From: a bacterium
GTDB taxonomy: Bacteria; Electryoneota; JAOADG01
Direction of reading: 5' to 3'
Assembly: GCA_963681965.1 (NCBI GenBank)
Contig: OY820579.1
Span: forward strand, 832,001 to 896,000
DNA length: 64,000 nucleotides
Shown: piece by piece, positions 49,612 through 58,398 of the stretch
How the letters are laid out: each line of letters starts with the position of its first letter
Numbering within the stretch: the first letter of the stretch is position 1
Translations under genes and position numbers: made by a program
Notes under the pieces: generated by a model
Told to the model about the DNA's origin: nothing
What the model saw: the letters and a program-made list of their open reading frames with translations, nothing else
The model's database searches: none

Positions 49612-50172
49612 TTAAATCTTCTTTCCCGCATCCTTCGGGGCTTCCATTGCCTTAATGAATTTTTCCGGTTCGGCATTGAATTTGGCGACGGCATCCTTGT
49701 TCGCGAAGTAGTAACGCTTGCCGTTCAAATCGACATGCTCGGCTTTGCGCGAGACCGTCACTTCTTCTTTCGTGACCGGGCAAACCGCGACCGCTTTTTT
49801 GTCTGCCATCTTCACGATATTCGCCGGAATCGCCAGCGCGTCGATAAATTTCTTCGGTTCCGCTTTGAATTTATCCGGGCAACCGTCGCAGCAGAGATAG
49901 TAGCGCTTCCCTTCGAAATCGACATGGAACGGCGCATCCTTGACATCCATCTGCGATTGCATCACCGGGCAGATAAACCGCTTCGTGCCATCGGCGAGTG
50001 TATACACGTTGCCATCGGCGATCGTTGTAGTCGCCTTGGTGTCACTAGCTTTTTCAGCACAGCCAGCCGCTTTTTCACCGGGACAACCCGAACACCCTTC
50101 CCCTGCCCAACTGGTCATCGCCAGTGCGAACAACATCAAACCCACTACCACCAAACCTACCTTGCGAATCAT
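49612..50172 (-). CDS. Secreted protein with two YHS (metal-binding) domains
   Basis: AGGAGG SD before ATG 50172; signal peptide; CPVM...YYLCCDGC...F..EP and CPVT...YYFAN......F..EP. Confidence 0.85.
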   Translation of the reverse strand: MIRKVGLVVVGLMLFALAMTSWAGEGCSGCPGEKAAGCAEKASDTKATTTIADGNVYTLADGTKRFICPVMQSQMDVKDAPFHVDFEGKRYYLCCDGCPDKFKAEPKKFIDALAIPANIVKMADKKAVAVCPVTKEEVTVSRKAEHVDLNGKRYYFANKDAVAKFNAEPEKFIKAMEAPKDAGKKI

Positions 50173-50361
50173 TGTTTCCTCCTGAATTCTACTTCGTACC
50201 GATCCAATTGGCATCGATACACTCGGTTAAATAAACACTTGCGGAGTAGCCGGATGCGGCTTACCCATGAAAACAATACGCGACCCATCCGAGTTCGTTG
50301 GTAAGCGATGTGAATTAATCGCATAACTCGTCGGATGGAACCGCTAACGATTGATTATACG

Positions 50362-51858
50362 TCAATTTGTGCCGTTTGGTTCCGATGGAACGAACGCTTC
50401 CAGCTGTTTGACCAGCAAAATCATCGCTTCGGTATCCAGACCGCAATATGCCAGCAAATCGGCACGAACCCGCGCTTTTTCAGCCGGATCGACCGTGAAA
50501 TAGTGCGTCCGGACATACTCCAGACTGGCAAATTCGCCATTTCCGATTTCGAGCTCGGAGTAACTCCGTCCGGTCATGGCTGGTAGCACTGATTTGATCG
50601 ACGCGCTTCCCCGTTGTGCCGGGTGGTAGTAATGAAACGAGCGGAAAGGGATTAACAAATCGACAAACCGCCGCCGGAGTTTCTCGAACCAGGGACGATA
50701 CTGATTGTATTGCGTCGATGCGGTATTCAACACACCGATCTCAAACGGCGCGTTGTACGCGATAATTGATCCGGTCGAACCGAGCCACTCCTGCAATCTC
50801 GCGAGCAATTCCGGTCGCGGGTCGCACGTCCCGTCGGCAAGGAAATTCCGATGTTCCAGAGTATCGTCAGGCGATCGATCGATGTGCAGTGAAAACTGAA
50901 ATGGGATCGTCTGGAATGGACTCAATCCTGGAAATGGCGGAATTGCCGGTGATGCGGTTTCGAAATCGAGATAATAGCGGGGATATTTCAGTTTCTTCAA
51001 AAATTGTGAAATCGGTTCCGGTTCAACATGAACCTCTTCAGAACGAATCGCGTCGAGTTGAATCTGCTGCAGTTTCGAGAGCTTTGCCTTCAACGGAATT
51101 TCACGCAGATCGGAGATACCGTCTGCGAGCCACTTGTAGGCGCGATCACCGGCACGGACGAGCGTGAAAATATTGTCGCGCGGCAGAAAATTCCAGCACT
51201 GCCGATGGATGCGACACTGACCGGGAATCCGGCAATGTTTCCCGATGGCTATTTTCGGCGATTCCGGTAGTTCCAACACCTGATTCAACCGACCGAGATT
51301 TGCCTCTACCGCCGATTGCAATTCGAATACTTCGCGCGTCACATTTGTTTCGATGAACAGTTGGTTTAGATCGAGTTCGTTTTCGCGGATGTAATTTGTG
51401 TTCAGCAGTAACACGAAACAGTCGCGGATGCGGTATCCGGCACGCGAGAAGGTATCGTACTGAAATGCCAGATTCGCTTTATGGTTTGCTTTCACCGATG
51501 AACTGCACTTGATGAGGATCAGATTCCATTCGTCGTCGCGAACCGGCAACAAGATATCGGTGCGTGCATACGAATAAGCGGTTGCTGCCGCCGCGCCGAA
51601 GATGGGTCGACGCTGCTGGCTTGCCGATTTGGTTTCAGTCAGCGCGTGCGCTCGTTCCGAAATCGATGTAAGATCGATGCCGTCGGAATAACGCTGCATC
51701 GCCAGCCGGACGACGGGTTCCGTTTGATCGAAATAGGCGAGGTATGCCGCATCCGGTTCGGGTACGAATTCCGGAGTGTGAATCAGGTGCCAGAGTTGTT
51801 TCGGACACTGCAGTCCGGCGAAGTAGAGTGATTGGGTGAATGGGGTTGTCTGATGCAT
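50362..51858 (-). CDS. DUF2779-type protein (Cas4-like Fe-S/PD-(D/E)xK fold fused to an RNase H-like domain)
   Basis: GLQCPKQLW; C..P..C.....CW; YPRYYLDFET, PFQFSLH, DPR, AYNAPFE, SIKSVLP, YCGLDT. Confidence 0.85.
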   Translation of the reverse strand: MHQTTPFTQSLYFAGLQCPKQLWHLIHTPEFVPEPDAAYLAYFDQTEPVVRLAMQRYSDGIDLTSISERAHALTETKSASQQRRPIFGAAAATAYSYARTDILLPVRDDEWNLILIKCSSSVKANHKANLAFQYDTFSRAGYRIRDCFVLLLNTNYIRENELDLNQLFIETNVTREVFELQSAVEANLGRLNQVLELPESPKIAIGKHCRIPGQCRIHRQCWNFLPRDNIFTLVRAGDRAYKWLADGISDLREIPLKAKLSKLQQIQLDAIRSEEVHVEPEPISQFLKKLKYPRYYLDFETASPAIPPFPGLSPFQTIPFQFSLHIDRSPDDTLEHRNFLADGTCDPRPELLARLQEWLGSTGSIIAYNAPFEIGVLNTASTQYNQYRPWFEKLRRRFVDLLIPFRSFHYYHPAQRGSASIKSVLPAMTGRSYSELEIGNGEFASLEYVRTHYFTVDPAEKARVRADLLAYCGLDTEAMILLVKQLEAFVPSEPNGTN

Positions 51859-51931
51859 GATTCCAGTATTTATCGCTGATGAACAGACTCAAGATACGAA
51901 AACAGAAGGCTGCGGAATACTTGTTGTTTTA

Positions 51932-52300
51932 GTAGCGGCGTTTCCCCGCGCTCGCCCGTTCTTGTATCTTGTATCTTGTATCCTGATTTTGTCTTTGCGA
52001 GGAAAACCTTGCGGCAGCGAAGCGGCAAGGTTTAGCGAACACCGATGAATCTTGTAAAATATTAGGTTCGCAACATTCGAAGGGCACAACCGTGTGCGCC
52101 CGAAGAGACGAAGCAATCTATCTTTTCATTTTCCGTAGGGGCGAACCACAAAGTGCTCACCGAAGGTAATCGCATTCGCCCCTCGGCGGTGCCGTTGGCA
52201 CCGCTCTCGGTTCGTTCGCGAACGAACCCTACAATACAGGAATGGCGGACTGAAGTCCGCCGCTACAGAATAACGGGCGGGCGTGGGAGCCCGCCCCTAC
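51932..52300. repeat. REP-like palindrome array 3 with heptamer repeats and nested element
   Basis: GTAG units at 51932 and 52135; (TCTTGTA)3 at 51960-51980; palindromes at 52079, 52186, 52209-52232, 52244-52266 and 52275-52300, the last three ending in CTAC. Confidence 0.85.
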
Positions 52301-52313
52301 TTCACAATATGAA

Positions 52314-55025
52314 TTACTTTAACAACACGATTTTCTGTGTCTTGCTGAACGTTCCCGCCTGCAAGCGAACAAAGTATGTTCCACTCGCCAATCGCGAGCC
52401 ATCGAGCAATACGCGATATGTTCCGGCACGCTGTTCGCGCTGCACCAGCGTCGATACTTCACGACCCATCAAGTCGTAGAGACGGAGATCGACGTGTGAG
52501 GTGATCGGAAGAGAATAGGAGAGCGTGGTGGTAGCGTTGAAGGGGTTAGGGTAATTTTGAAGAAGAATGTATTTCAAAGGTAGATTTTCGAATACACGCG
52601 ATACCTCCGAAGTATCAATACGAATGTAGGTAATGAAACAGTCGCTTAAACCACCATTATAGGTAGTATCAAAGCCATTATTTGTAATCGGAAAATTAAT
52701 GCTACTCGTCCATCCTCCAACAACGATGTTACCATTTTCTAGTTTTACGATTGATTTTCCCATCTCTTGACCAGATCCACCCAAGAATGAACTGTATAAG
52801 TAACAATTACCCGCACTGCTTAAGTGCGCAATAAAAGCATCTGAAACATCACCATTATAAGATTCATCGAAACTTCCTGCAGTGGTGATAAACGATGAGT
52901 CAGTATTTCCAGTAATAAATAACCCATCATTATTATCATTAAGTATACGGACGTAAGAAGAAAAGCCAATAAACGTACTATATGTTAAAGAATGCAGCGA
53001 CGAATCCAATTTCGTGATAAATCCTGATTTGTTTTGATAGACTGTGTCTAAGGAACCTGAAGTCACTGGAAAATCTGGGCTGGTAGTACAGCCTGAAACA
53101 AAAATGTCACCACGATTCCCAATTTTTATGTCTGTACCGCAATCATCGCCATTCCCACCAAGGTAAGAACTAGCCAGTAAATGATCTCCTGTGAGGTCGA
53201 AGCGCGAAACGATACAATCCATAGAATCGTTACCATTTCTATGATAGATAGTATCGAAAGCTGATGAAGTGGTCGGATAATCGTGACTACTGGTTTGCCC
53301 AGTAACTTGAATGGAACTACTGTCGCGACTAATTGCAAAAAGATGCTCATATGAAGAACCACCAATATATGTACTTACAGTAAAATTTGTTGCGCTTCCA
53401 TTGATATGTGTGATGAAGCCATCGTAATATCCATTATAACTTGTATCATAACAGTCTATTATGATTGGGAAATCAGTACTTATTGTATGTCCACAAATAA
53501 TTGCTCCGCCTTCTCCATCACCAGATAATCCTGTAGCACCATCAAAATTAGAACCGCCAAATAAAGTACTGTAGATTAACCGCGATCCAGTATTGTTCAA
53601 TCGAGTCAGGAAAAAATCGCTTCCCCCCCATAATTGAATTCCATTAGTATGAGGAAAATTTGAACTTGATGTCTCACCAGCAATAACTGATCCTTCATTT
53701 CCATCATTCACAATTCCGTACCCAATATCCATACCACTTCCACCAATAATTGTACAAAATTCGAGCTGAGAGTTTGATATATTTAGCCTAACAACAAAGC
53801 ACTCAAAACTGCCATTTAACGTCGTATCGAATGCTCCTGGTGTGACCGGAAAATTTTGCGGATCTCCGGAAATTACACCCGTAGCAACAATACTAGAGTT
53901 ATCGATATTAGTTAGACCATTAACTATCTCACCACCAGAACTACCGATATATGTACTATACACCAGCGGATCGATCCTCAGCGTTTGTGACGCATCATAC
54001 CCATTTGGCAAATCGATGGTGAAGAGATTTTCTGACACGAGTCTGAATTGTGCCGTAACAGCGTTTCCGGAGGTGCCATTCGCAGTGGTTTGGTATGCCC
54101 CCGGAATTTTCATTCGCAATTCACCGAGGGAAGTGGGAAGCGACAGTTCATTCGATAATCGGAGGTCGGACACTCCTGTCCGACTCCTATTTGTGATAGA
54201 AATAATTGAGTCGACGGACAAGAGTGTCCGTCCTCCGCCTGCTATCGGTGCTTCCAACCCTTCGCACACCATTCGGATTTGTTTCGGATCGGCACCGGGA
54301 TGTACCACAAAATCGAATTCGAGATGACCCTTGCTCTCATAACATTCGACATCGATTCCCTGCCAGACGTCATGATACACTACGCGTGTAAAGTTCCGGC
54401 AATCCGGTGCCCATTTCGAAGAATCATTACCCAAGAAATAATTGTTGTGCCACGATAATTCACCTTGTGCATCAATCCACTTCGCTTGCGCGAAGGGTAG
54501 GTCGGAATTTATTCCGACATCCTCTTGTGTCGTGCATTTATCCGTAGGGGCGTATCGCATACGCCCTGTGGGCGCGAACGCGCCCAGATTGGTTGGTGCA
54601 TCTTGATCGGATAGGGGCGAATGCGATTGCCTTCGGCGAGCACTTTGTGGTTCGCCCCTACGGGAATCAATAAATTTAAATTTGAGGGCGTGGGATTTTA
54701 ATCGGCGATGTTGGATACGATCATCGGGATCGAATCGTTTATCATTAAGGGACACGGGCGGTTCGCGAACCGCCCCTACCAAAGAGGAAGAATCGATGAC
54801 GGATGTTACGAGGGTGACACCATCGCGCTCAAGGAACCAGGTGAAGCCGTCATGGCGGACTTCGCATTTGTAGAGCACAGAGGAATCCCACTGCCCCTTG
54901 TTCTCGGTAAATTGGACCGGGTGCGGAAGGCGCGTGGATTGCACACTCACGGTAAATCCCGTCGTAGTGCCGACCGACAACATTACCAGAATAATGACAA
55001 GCTTCTGCAGTGCGAGGTGGCGCAT
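52314..55025 (-). CDS. Secreted SBBP/beta-propeller repeat protein with T9SS-type C-terminal sorting domain
   Basis: Signal peptide; FTENKGQW, NYFLGND.SKW, LEFDFVVHPGADP, IDPLVYSTY; repeated YST..GG..D and G.T.S.DFP.T..A.DT units; C-terminal QNYPNPFN...YDLMGREV..L...LASGTYFVRL...TQKIVLLK. Confidence 0.88.
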   Translation of the reverse strand: MRHLALQKLVIILVMLSVGTTTGFTVSVQSTRLPHPVQFTENKGQWDSSVLYKCEVRHDGFTWFLERDGVTLVTSVIDSSSLVGAVREPPVSLNDKRFDPDDRIQHRRLKSHALKFKFIDSRRGEPQSARRRQSHSPLSDQDAPTNLGAFAPTGRMRYAPTDKCTTQEDVGINSDLPFAQAKWIDAQGELSWHNNYFLGNDSSKWAPDCRNFTRVVYHDVWQGIDVECYESKGHLEFDFVVHPGADPKQIRMVCEGLEAPIAGGGRTLLSVDSIISITNRSRTGVSDLRLSNELSLPTSLGELRMKIPGAYQTTANGTSGNAVTAQFRLVSENLFTIDLPNGYDASQTLRIDPLVYSTYIGSSGGEIVNGLTNIDNSSIVATGVISGDPQNFPVTPGAFDTTLNGSFECFVVRLNISNSQLEFCTIIGGSGMDIGYGIVNDGNEGSVIAGETSSSNFPHTNGIQLWGGSDFFLTRLNNTGSRLIYSTLFGGSNFDGATGLSGDGEGGAIICGHTISTDFPIIIDCYDTSYNGYYDGFITHINGSATNFTVSTYIGGSSYEHLFAISRDSSSIQVTGQTSSHDYPTTSSAFDTIYHRNGNDSMDCIVSRFDLTGDHLLASSYLGGNGDDCGTDIKIGNRGDIFVSGCTTSPDFPVTSGSLDTVYQNKSGFITKLDSSLHSLTYSTFIGFSSYVRILNDNNDGLFITGNTDSSFITTAGSFDESYNGDVSDAFIAHLSSAGNCYLYSSFLGGSGQEMGKSIVKLENGNIVVGGWTSSINFPITNNGFDTTYNGGLSDCFITYIRIDTSEVSRVFENLPLKYILLQNYPNPFNATTTLSYSLPITSHVDLRLYDLMGREVSTLVQREQRAGTYRVLLDGSRLASGTYFVRLQAGTFSKTQKIVLLK
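54161..54779. repeat. Seven REP-like palindromes inside the coding sequence of the SBBP/T9SS gene
   Basis: 54161-54187, 54213-54236, 54497-54518, 54544-54566, 54569-54586, 54613-54661 and 54756-54779; six have a GTAG/GGAG foot; the reading frame stays open. Confidence 0.85.
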
Positions 55026-55212
55026 CAGGATCCTTTCCCCAAGGGAATGCCGGATATTTGGTTATCTGTGATAATTTAGGAATATTGTATTGTCGCACCA
55101 ATAGAATGCTCGGATATTTCTAAAATCTTCCGATCGATATTGCCCGTACTCGCTTGACAAATTGCTCGGTACGACACCACTTTCCATCATTATTCAGAGC
55201 AAATAATATTCA

Positions 55213-56439
55213 ATGAATTCAACCGCGTCTCCATCGCTTCGCCTATTTCCCAACCGGAATGTGTTCATGCTCTGGTTGGGACAGGTCATCAGCCAGAGTG
55301 GCGACTCGATTTATCAAATCGGGTTGCTCTGGCTCGTGTTGGAATTGTCCGGATCGGAAACGATTACGGGACTAGCCGCGATGGCGTCGTACCTTCCCTC
55401 GATGCTGCTGGCGCTGTTTGCCGGCGCGCTAGCCGACCGTGGAGCGAAACGGCGCATCATGTTGACTGCCGACCTGTTGCGTGGTGCAATCGTGTTACTG
55501 CTGCCATTGGCGGCGCTAATGAATTGGTTGTCGCCCGCATTACTCTCGGTGAATGCCTTCGCACTCGCGTGTGCCGCAGTATTTTTCTATCCGGCACGCG
55601 ATGCGTTGCTGCCCAAGATCACCCCAACCGACCAATTGCTCCGCGCCAACACCATGATCCAGACGTCGTGGCAATTCTCGCTACTGCTCGGTCCCGCGAT
55701 CGCTGCAGTATTACTGGAGTGGTTCGGAAAAATTCATCTCTTCACGGTCGACGCGTTTTTCTATTTCGGATCATTCCTTTGTGTCCTGGCGCTGCGAATT
55801 CCCCGCGAAGTAAGCCAACCACTTCCGCGCGATTTCGGCTGGCACGATATCGTTACTGCGTCGCGCTTCGCATTCAAGCATCCCGTGATTTTACCATTGT
55901 TGTTGCTGACGGTCGCCGACAATCTGCTGATCATGGGACCTGCCATCGTTGGTACACCGGTATTTATTAAGAAGGAATTGTTGCGCGGGGCGGGAGCGTA
56001 TGCCACCACTGAAATCGCGTATGCAGTGGGAATGATTGCCGGAACAATCTGGATGCTTACCGTAGGACGACGCTACAAAAAAGGGAAATTGATCCTTTTG
56101 GGAATGTTCCTCGATGGAATTACCTTTATTCCGATCTACTTTGTGCACTCGCTGACCGTACTTCAGGTCACGTTTGTGATTCATGCGGCAGCAATACCGC
56201 TGCTGATGGTGCCGCGGGCATCGCTAATTCAGGAGATCACGCCACCGGAATTGACCGGAAGAATCTTTGCGATGATAGCGATTGCCGTAACCGGTGTTTC
56301 GGCGCTTTCGTCGGCACTTACCGGGATCGCGCTGGCGCATTTTTCGGCACGCGATGTTTTTGTGGTAATCGGAATCGGCGGTGGTTTGTGTGGTCTGTTG
56401 GGCTGGCTATTTGCGAAACAACTGCGGGAATCGGTCTGA
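55213..56439 (+). CDS. MFS transporter (macrolide-efflux/DHA3-like)
   Basis: LWLGQVISQSGD, AGALADR..KRRIML.ADLLR, P ..LTGRIFA; 12 TM. Confidence 0.9.
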   Translation: MNSTASPSLRLFPNRNVFMLWLGQVISQSGDSIYQIGLLWLVLELSGSETITGLAAMASYLPSMLLALFAGALADRGAKRRIMLTADLLRGAIVLLLPLAALMNWLSPALLSVNAFALACAAVFFYPARDALLPKITPTDQLLRANTMIQTSWQFSLLLGPAIAAVLLEWFGKIHLFTVDAFFYFGSFLCVLALRIPREVSQPLPRDFGWHDIVTASRFAFKHPVILPLLLLTVADNLLIMGPAIVGTPVFIKKELLRGAGAYATTEIAYAVGMIAGTIWMLTVGRRYKKGKLILLGMFLDGITFIPIYFVHSLTVLQVTFVIHAAAIPLLMVPRASLIQEITPPELTGRIFAMIAIAVTGVSALSSALTGIALAHFSARDVFVVIGIGGGLCGLLGWLFAKQLRESV

Positions 56440-56485
56440 TTGAAAAGTAGACAACGGCAACAACCCTATTGGAAACGAGGGAACA

Positions 56486-57025
56486 ATGGAATGGTATCTA
56501 GCGTGGGTGAAAGACAATCCACTTTTTTCGGCAGCGATTCAATTCGGTCTATTGGGAACGTTAGGTGAACTAGTTTCTCATTGGTTACGATCGAAAAAAT
56601 TCGGTATGCCATTTTCCAATGCGCTGCTTGCCGGAAAAATTGCCGCATGGGCACTGCTGGGCATCGTGATAAAATACGGTTTCGCCGGAATGAAAGGGTT
56701 CGTGCTGGCGTTGGTCGAGCATAACCTGTTACCCGAAGCATGCGGTGAAGGATTTCTGTTGGCGTTTTCGTTATCAGTTGCAACGAACATTTTCTTTGGA
56801 CCACAGATGATGTTCTTCCACCGGTTGGAAGACAATCTGCTGGCTTGGAAATTGGATTTCACCGGGATTCAAAAGGCGTGGTGGACACTGCTCTGGTTCT
56901 GGATTCCGGCACACACAATTACATTTATGCTGCCGAAGGATTTTCAAATCGGTCTTGCTGCGGTATGGTCGGTGGCACTCGGTGTTATTCTCGGATTATC
57001 CGCACCGAAGAAGAAACCGGAATAA
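56486..57025 (+). CDS. Membrane protein, Mpv17/PMP22-like
   Basis: P.FSAA...LG..G, FWIPAHTITF.LP..FQI..AAVW pattern; 4-5 TM. Confidence 0.65.
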   Translation: MEWYLAWVKDNPLFSAAIQFGLLGTLGELVSHWLRSKKFGMPFSNALLAGKIAAWALLGIVIKYGFAGMKGFVLALVEHNLLPEACGEGFLLAFSLSVATNIFFGPQMMFFHRLEDNLLAWKLDFTGIQKAWWTLLWFWIPAHTITFMLPKDFQIGLAAVWSVALGVILGLSAPKKKPE

Positions 57026-57046
57026 TATTTATTATGGGTAAAATGC

Positions 57047-57077
57047 AAAAAGCGCAGACATCGTCTGCGCTTTTTTT
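57047..57077. terminator. Bidirectional intrinsic terminator
   Basis: AAAAAGCGCAGAC-atc-GTCTGCGCTTTTTTT between convergent genes. Confidence 0.85.
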
Positions 57078-57096
57078 CTCAACAAAAAAAATGCGA

Positions 57097-57495
57097 TTAG
57101 CCCAACATCTCCTTGCTCGCTCGTGCAAGATAATCCAGCAAATATTTTAAATCGATCGGTTTGGTAATATAATCGGATGCTCCGATATCGATTGCATCGC
57201 GCGCCATCGTAATGTCGTGTAGTGCCGTAACCATCACTACTAACGCGACTTTGTCGATGTCGCGAATCTTGACCAATGTTTCGATACCATTCATTCCGGG
57301 CATCATGATGTCGAGCAATATAAAATGCGGAGAAAAGGATTTTACGATGTCGAGCGAAGTTTCACCGCTGAGCGCGGTTTTTACATCGTAACCACTTTCA
57401 TCGAGGAATTGGCGCATCAGATCGCAAATTTCCGGTTCGTCATCGACGACTAAGATGCGCATTTTTTCTGACTTATCGGACTGTTTATCGACCAT
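57097..57495 (-). CDS. Single-domain response regulator
   Basis: ILVVDDE, LLDIMMPGMNG, MVTA, GASDYITKP. Confidence 0.93.
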   Translation of the reverse strand: MVDKQSDKSEKMRILVVDDEPEICDLMRQFLDESGYDVKTALSGETSLDIVKSFSPHFILLDIMMPGMNGIETLVKIRDIDKVALVVMVTALHDITMARDAIDIGASDYITKPIDLKYLLDYLARASKEMLG

Positions 57496-57625
57496 GGTAC
57501 ACCCTGACTGGATATTAGTATAATAAATGATAATGGTATACTATAGTGATTTGGATCACACGCACAAACTTTTACATCGCTAGATAAAGTACAAGACTAT
57601 ACTATCGAATACAAGCGCCTCGTAT

Positions 57626-58396
57626 TTATTTTTCATTCGGAACACGAGGTATTCCCCCTAATTGCCAATTTGGATTGTCGAATTCGGAATCGACCATCTG
57701 CTTCCAACGCTCATATTGCTTTGCCCCGGCATCGGTAGGTAATAACCATGAGGAGCGCAACAATTTGTTCATTGGCGACCGTTCTTCGCGCGGTTCCGCT
57801 TGCGGGCGATCCGGTGTCATCCCGGAGCCGTGATGTACCGGGTTCTTAGAATTCCGCCAAAATACAATACTAGTATCGGCATTGGTGACGATTAACCTAA
57901 CCAGTGAATCGGGGAACAGTTCGATATATGCCAGCGTCGAATGATACGGCTTTGGAAGGGTCGATGTGAGAGTAACCCAATTTCGGAGTGAATCGACTTT
58001 CATGATCGGTGGTAATGGACTTTCCAAGTACTGTGAAAGAAACGGGCGTAACCACTTAAGTTGATCCGAGTCGGCGAGGCGCATTGCCAGATGTGCGCGA
58101 TCCGAAGCAATTCGACGATAATCGATCATCTTTCGCCAAGCAACCTCGACACTGTCCTGCGAAGCGGCACTTGTCGTTTGCGAGGTCAATTCATGTTGCA
58201 ATTCCTGCCAAGCGCCGATTGCGATCCCGACCCGATAAAGTTCGGCGATATTTTCTCGTTGAGTGAGCGATAGCGTTTTCCACCAACCGGGTCCGTCACC
58301 ATTTCCGACGGATACGGCAGATTTACCACATCCGGTGGTGAATATGATTATCCCCCCGAAAATGGTCAGTAACACAAATCGGATTCTCGATTGCAT
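57626..58396 (-). CDS. Hypothetical lipoprotein
   Basis: Basic N-terminus, hydrophobic stretch, lipobox-like TTG|C; starts 2 nt after the TPR gene stop. Confidence 0.65.
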   Translation of the reverse strand: MQSRIRFVLLTIFGGIIIFTTGCGKSAVSVGNGDGPGWWKTLSLTQRENIAELYRVGIAIGAWQELQHELTSQTTSAASQDSVEVAWRKMIDYRRIASDRAHLAMRLADSDQLKWLRPFLSQYLESPLPPIMKVDSLRNWVTLTSTLPKPYHSTLAYIELFPDSLVRLIVTNADTSIVFWRNSKNPVHHGSGMTPDRPQAEPREERSPMNKLLRSSWLLPTDAGAKQYERWKQMVDSEFDNPNWQLGGIPRVPNEK

Positions 58397-58398
58397 TG

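Noticed and set aside
48064-52300. CRISPR array or Cas4 locus (repeats next to a Cas4-like DUF2779 gene)
   Set aside because: The units differ in sequence and orientation with no constant repeat-spacer period, and no cas1/cas2 is present.
52560-53960. Diversity-generating retroelement target
   Set aside because: No reverse transcriptase and no TR/VR pair differing only at adenines was seen.
46555-55025. RAYT, IS transposase, integrase or integron attC explaining the palindromes
   Set aside because: No ORF with HUH/Y1, DDE or tyrosine-recombinase motifs in the window, and the hairpins lack attC RYYYAAC/GTTRRRY ends. Any mobilising enzyme must be encoded elsewhere.
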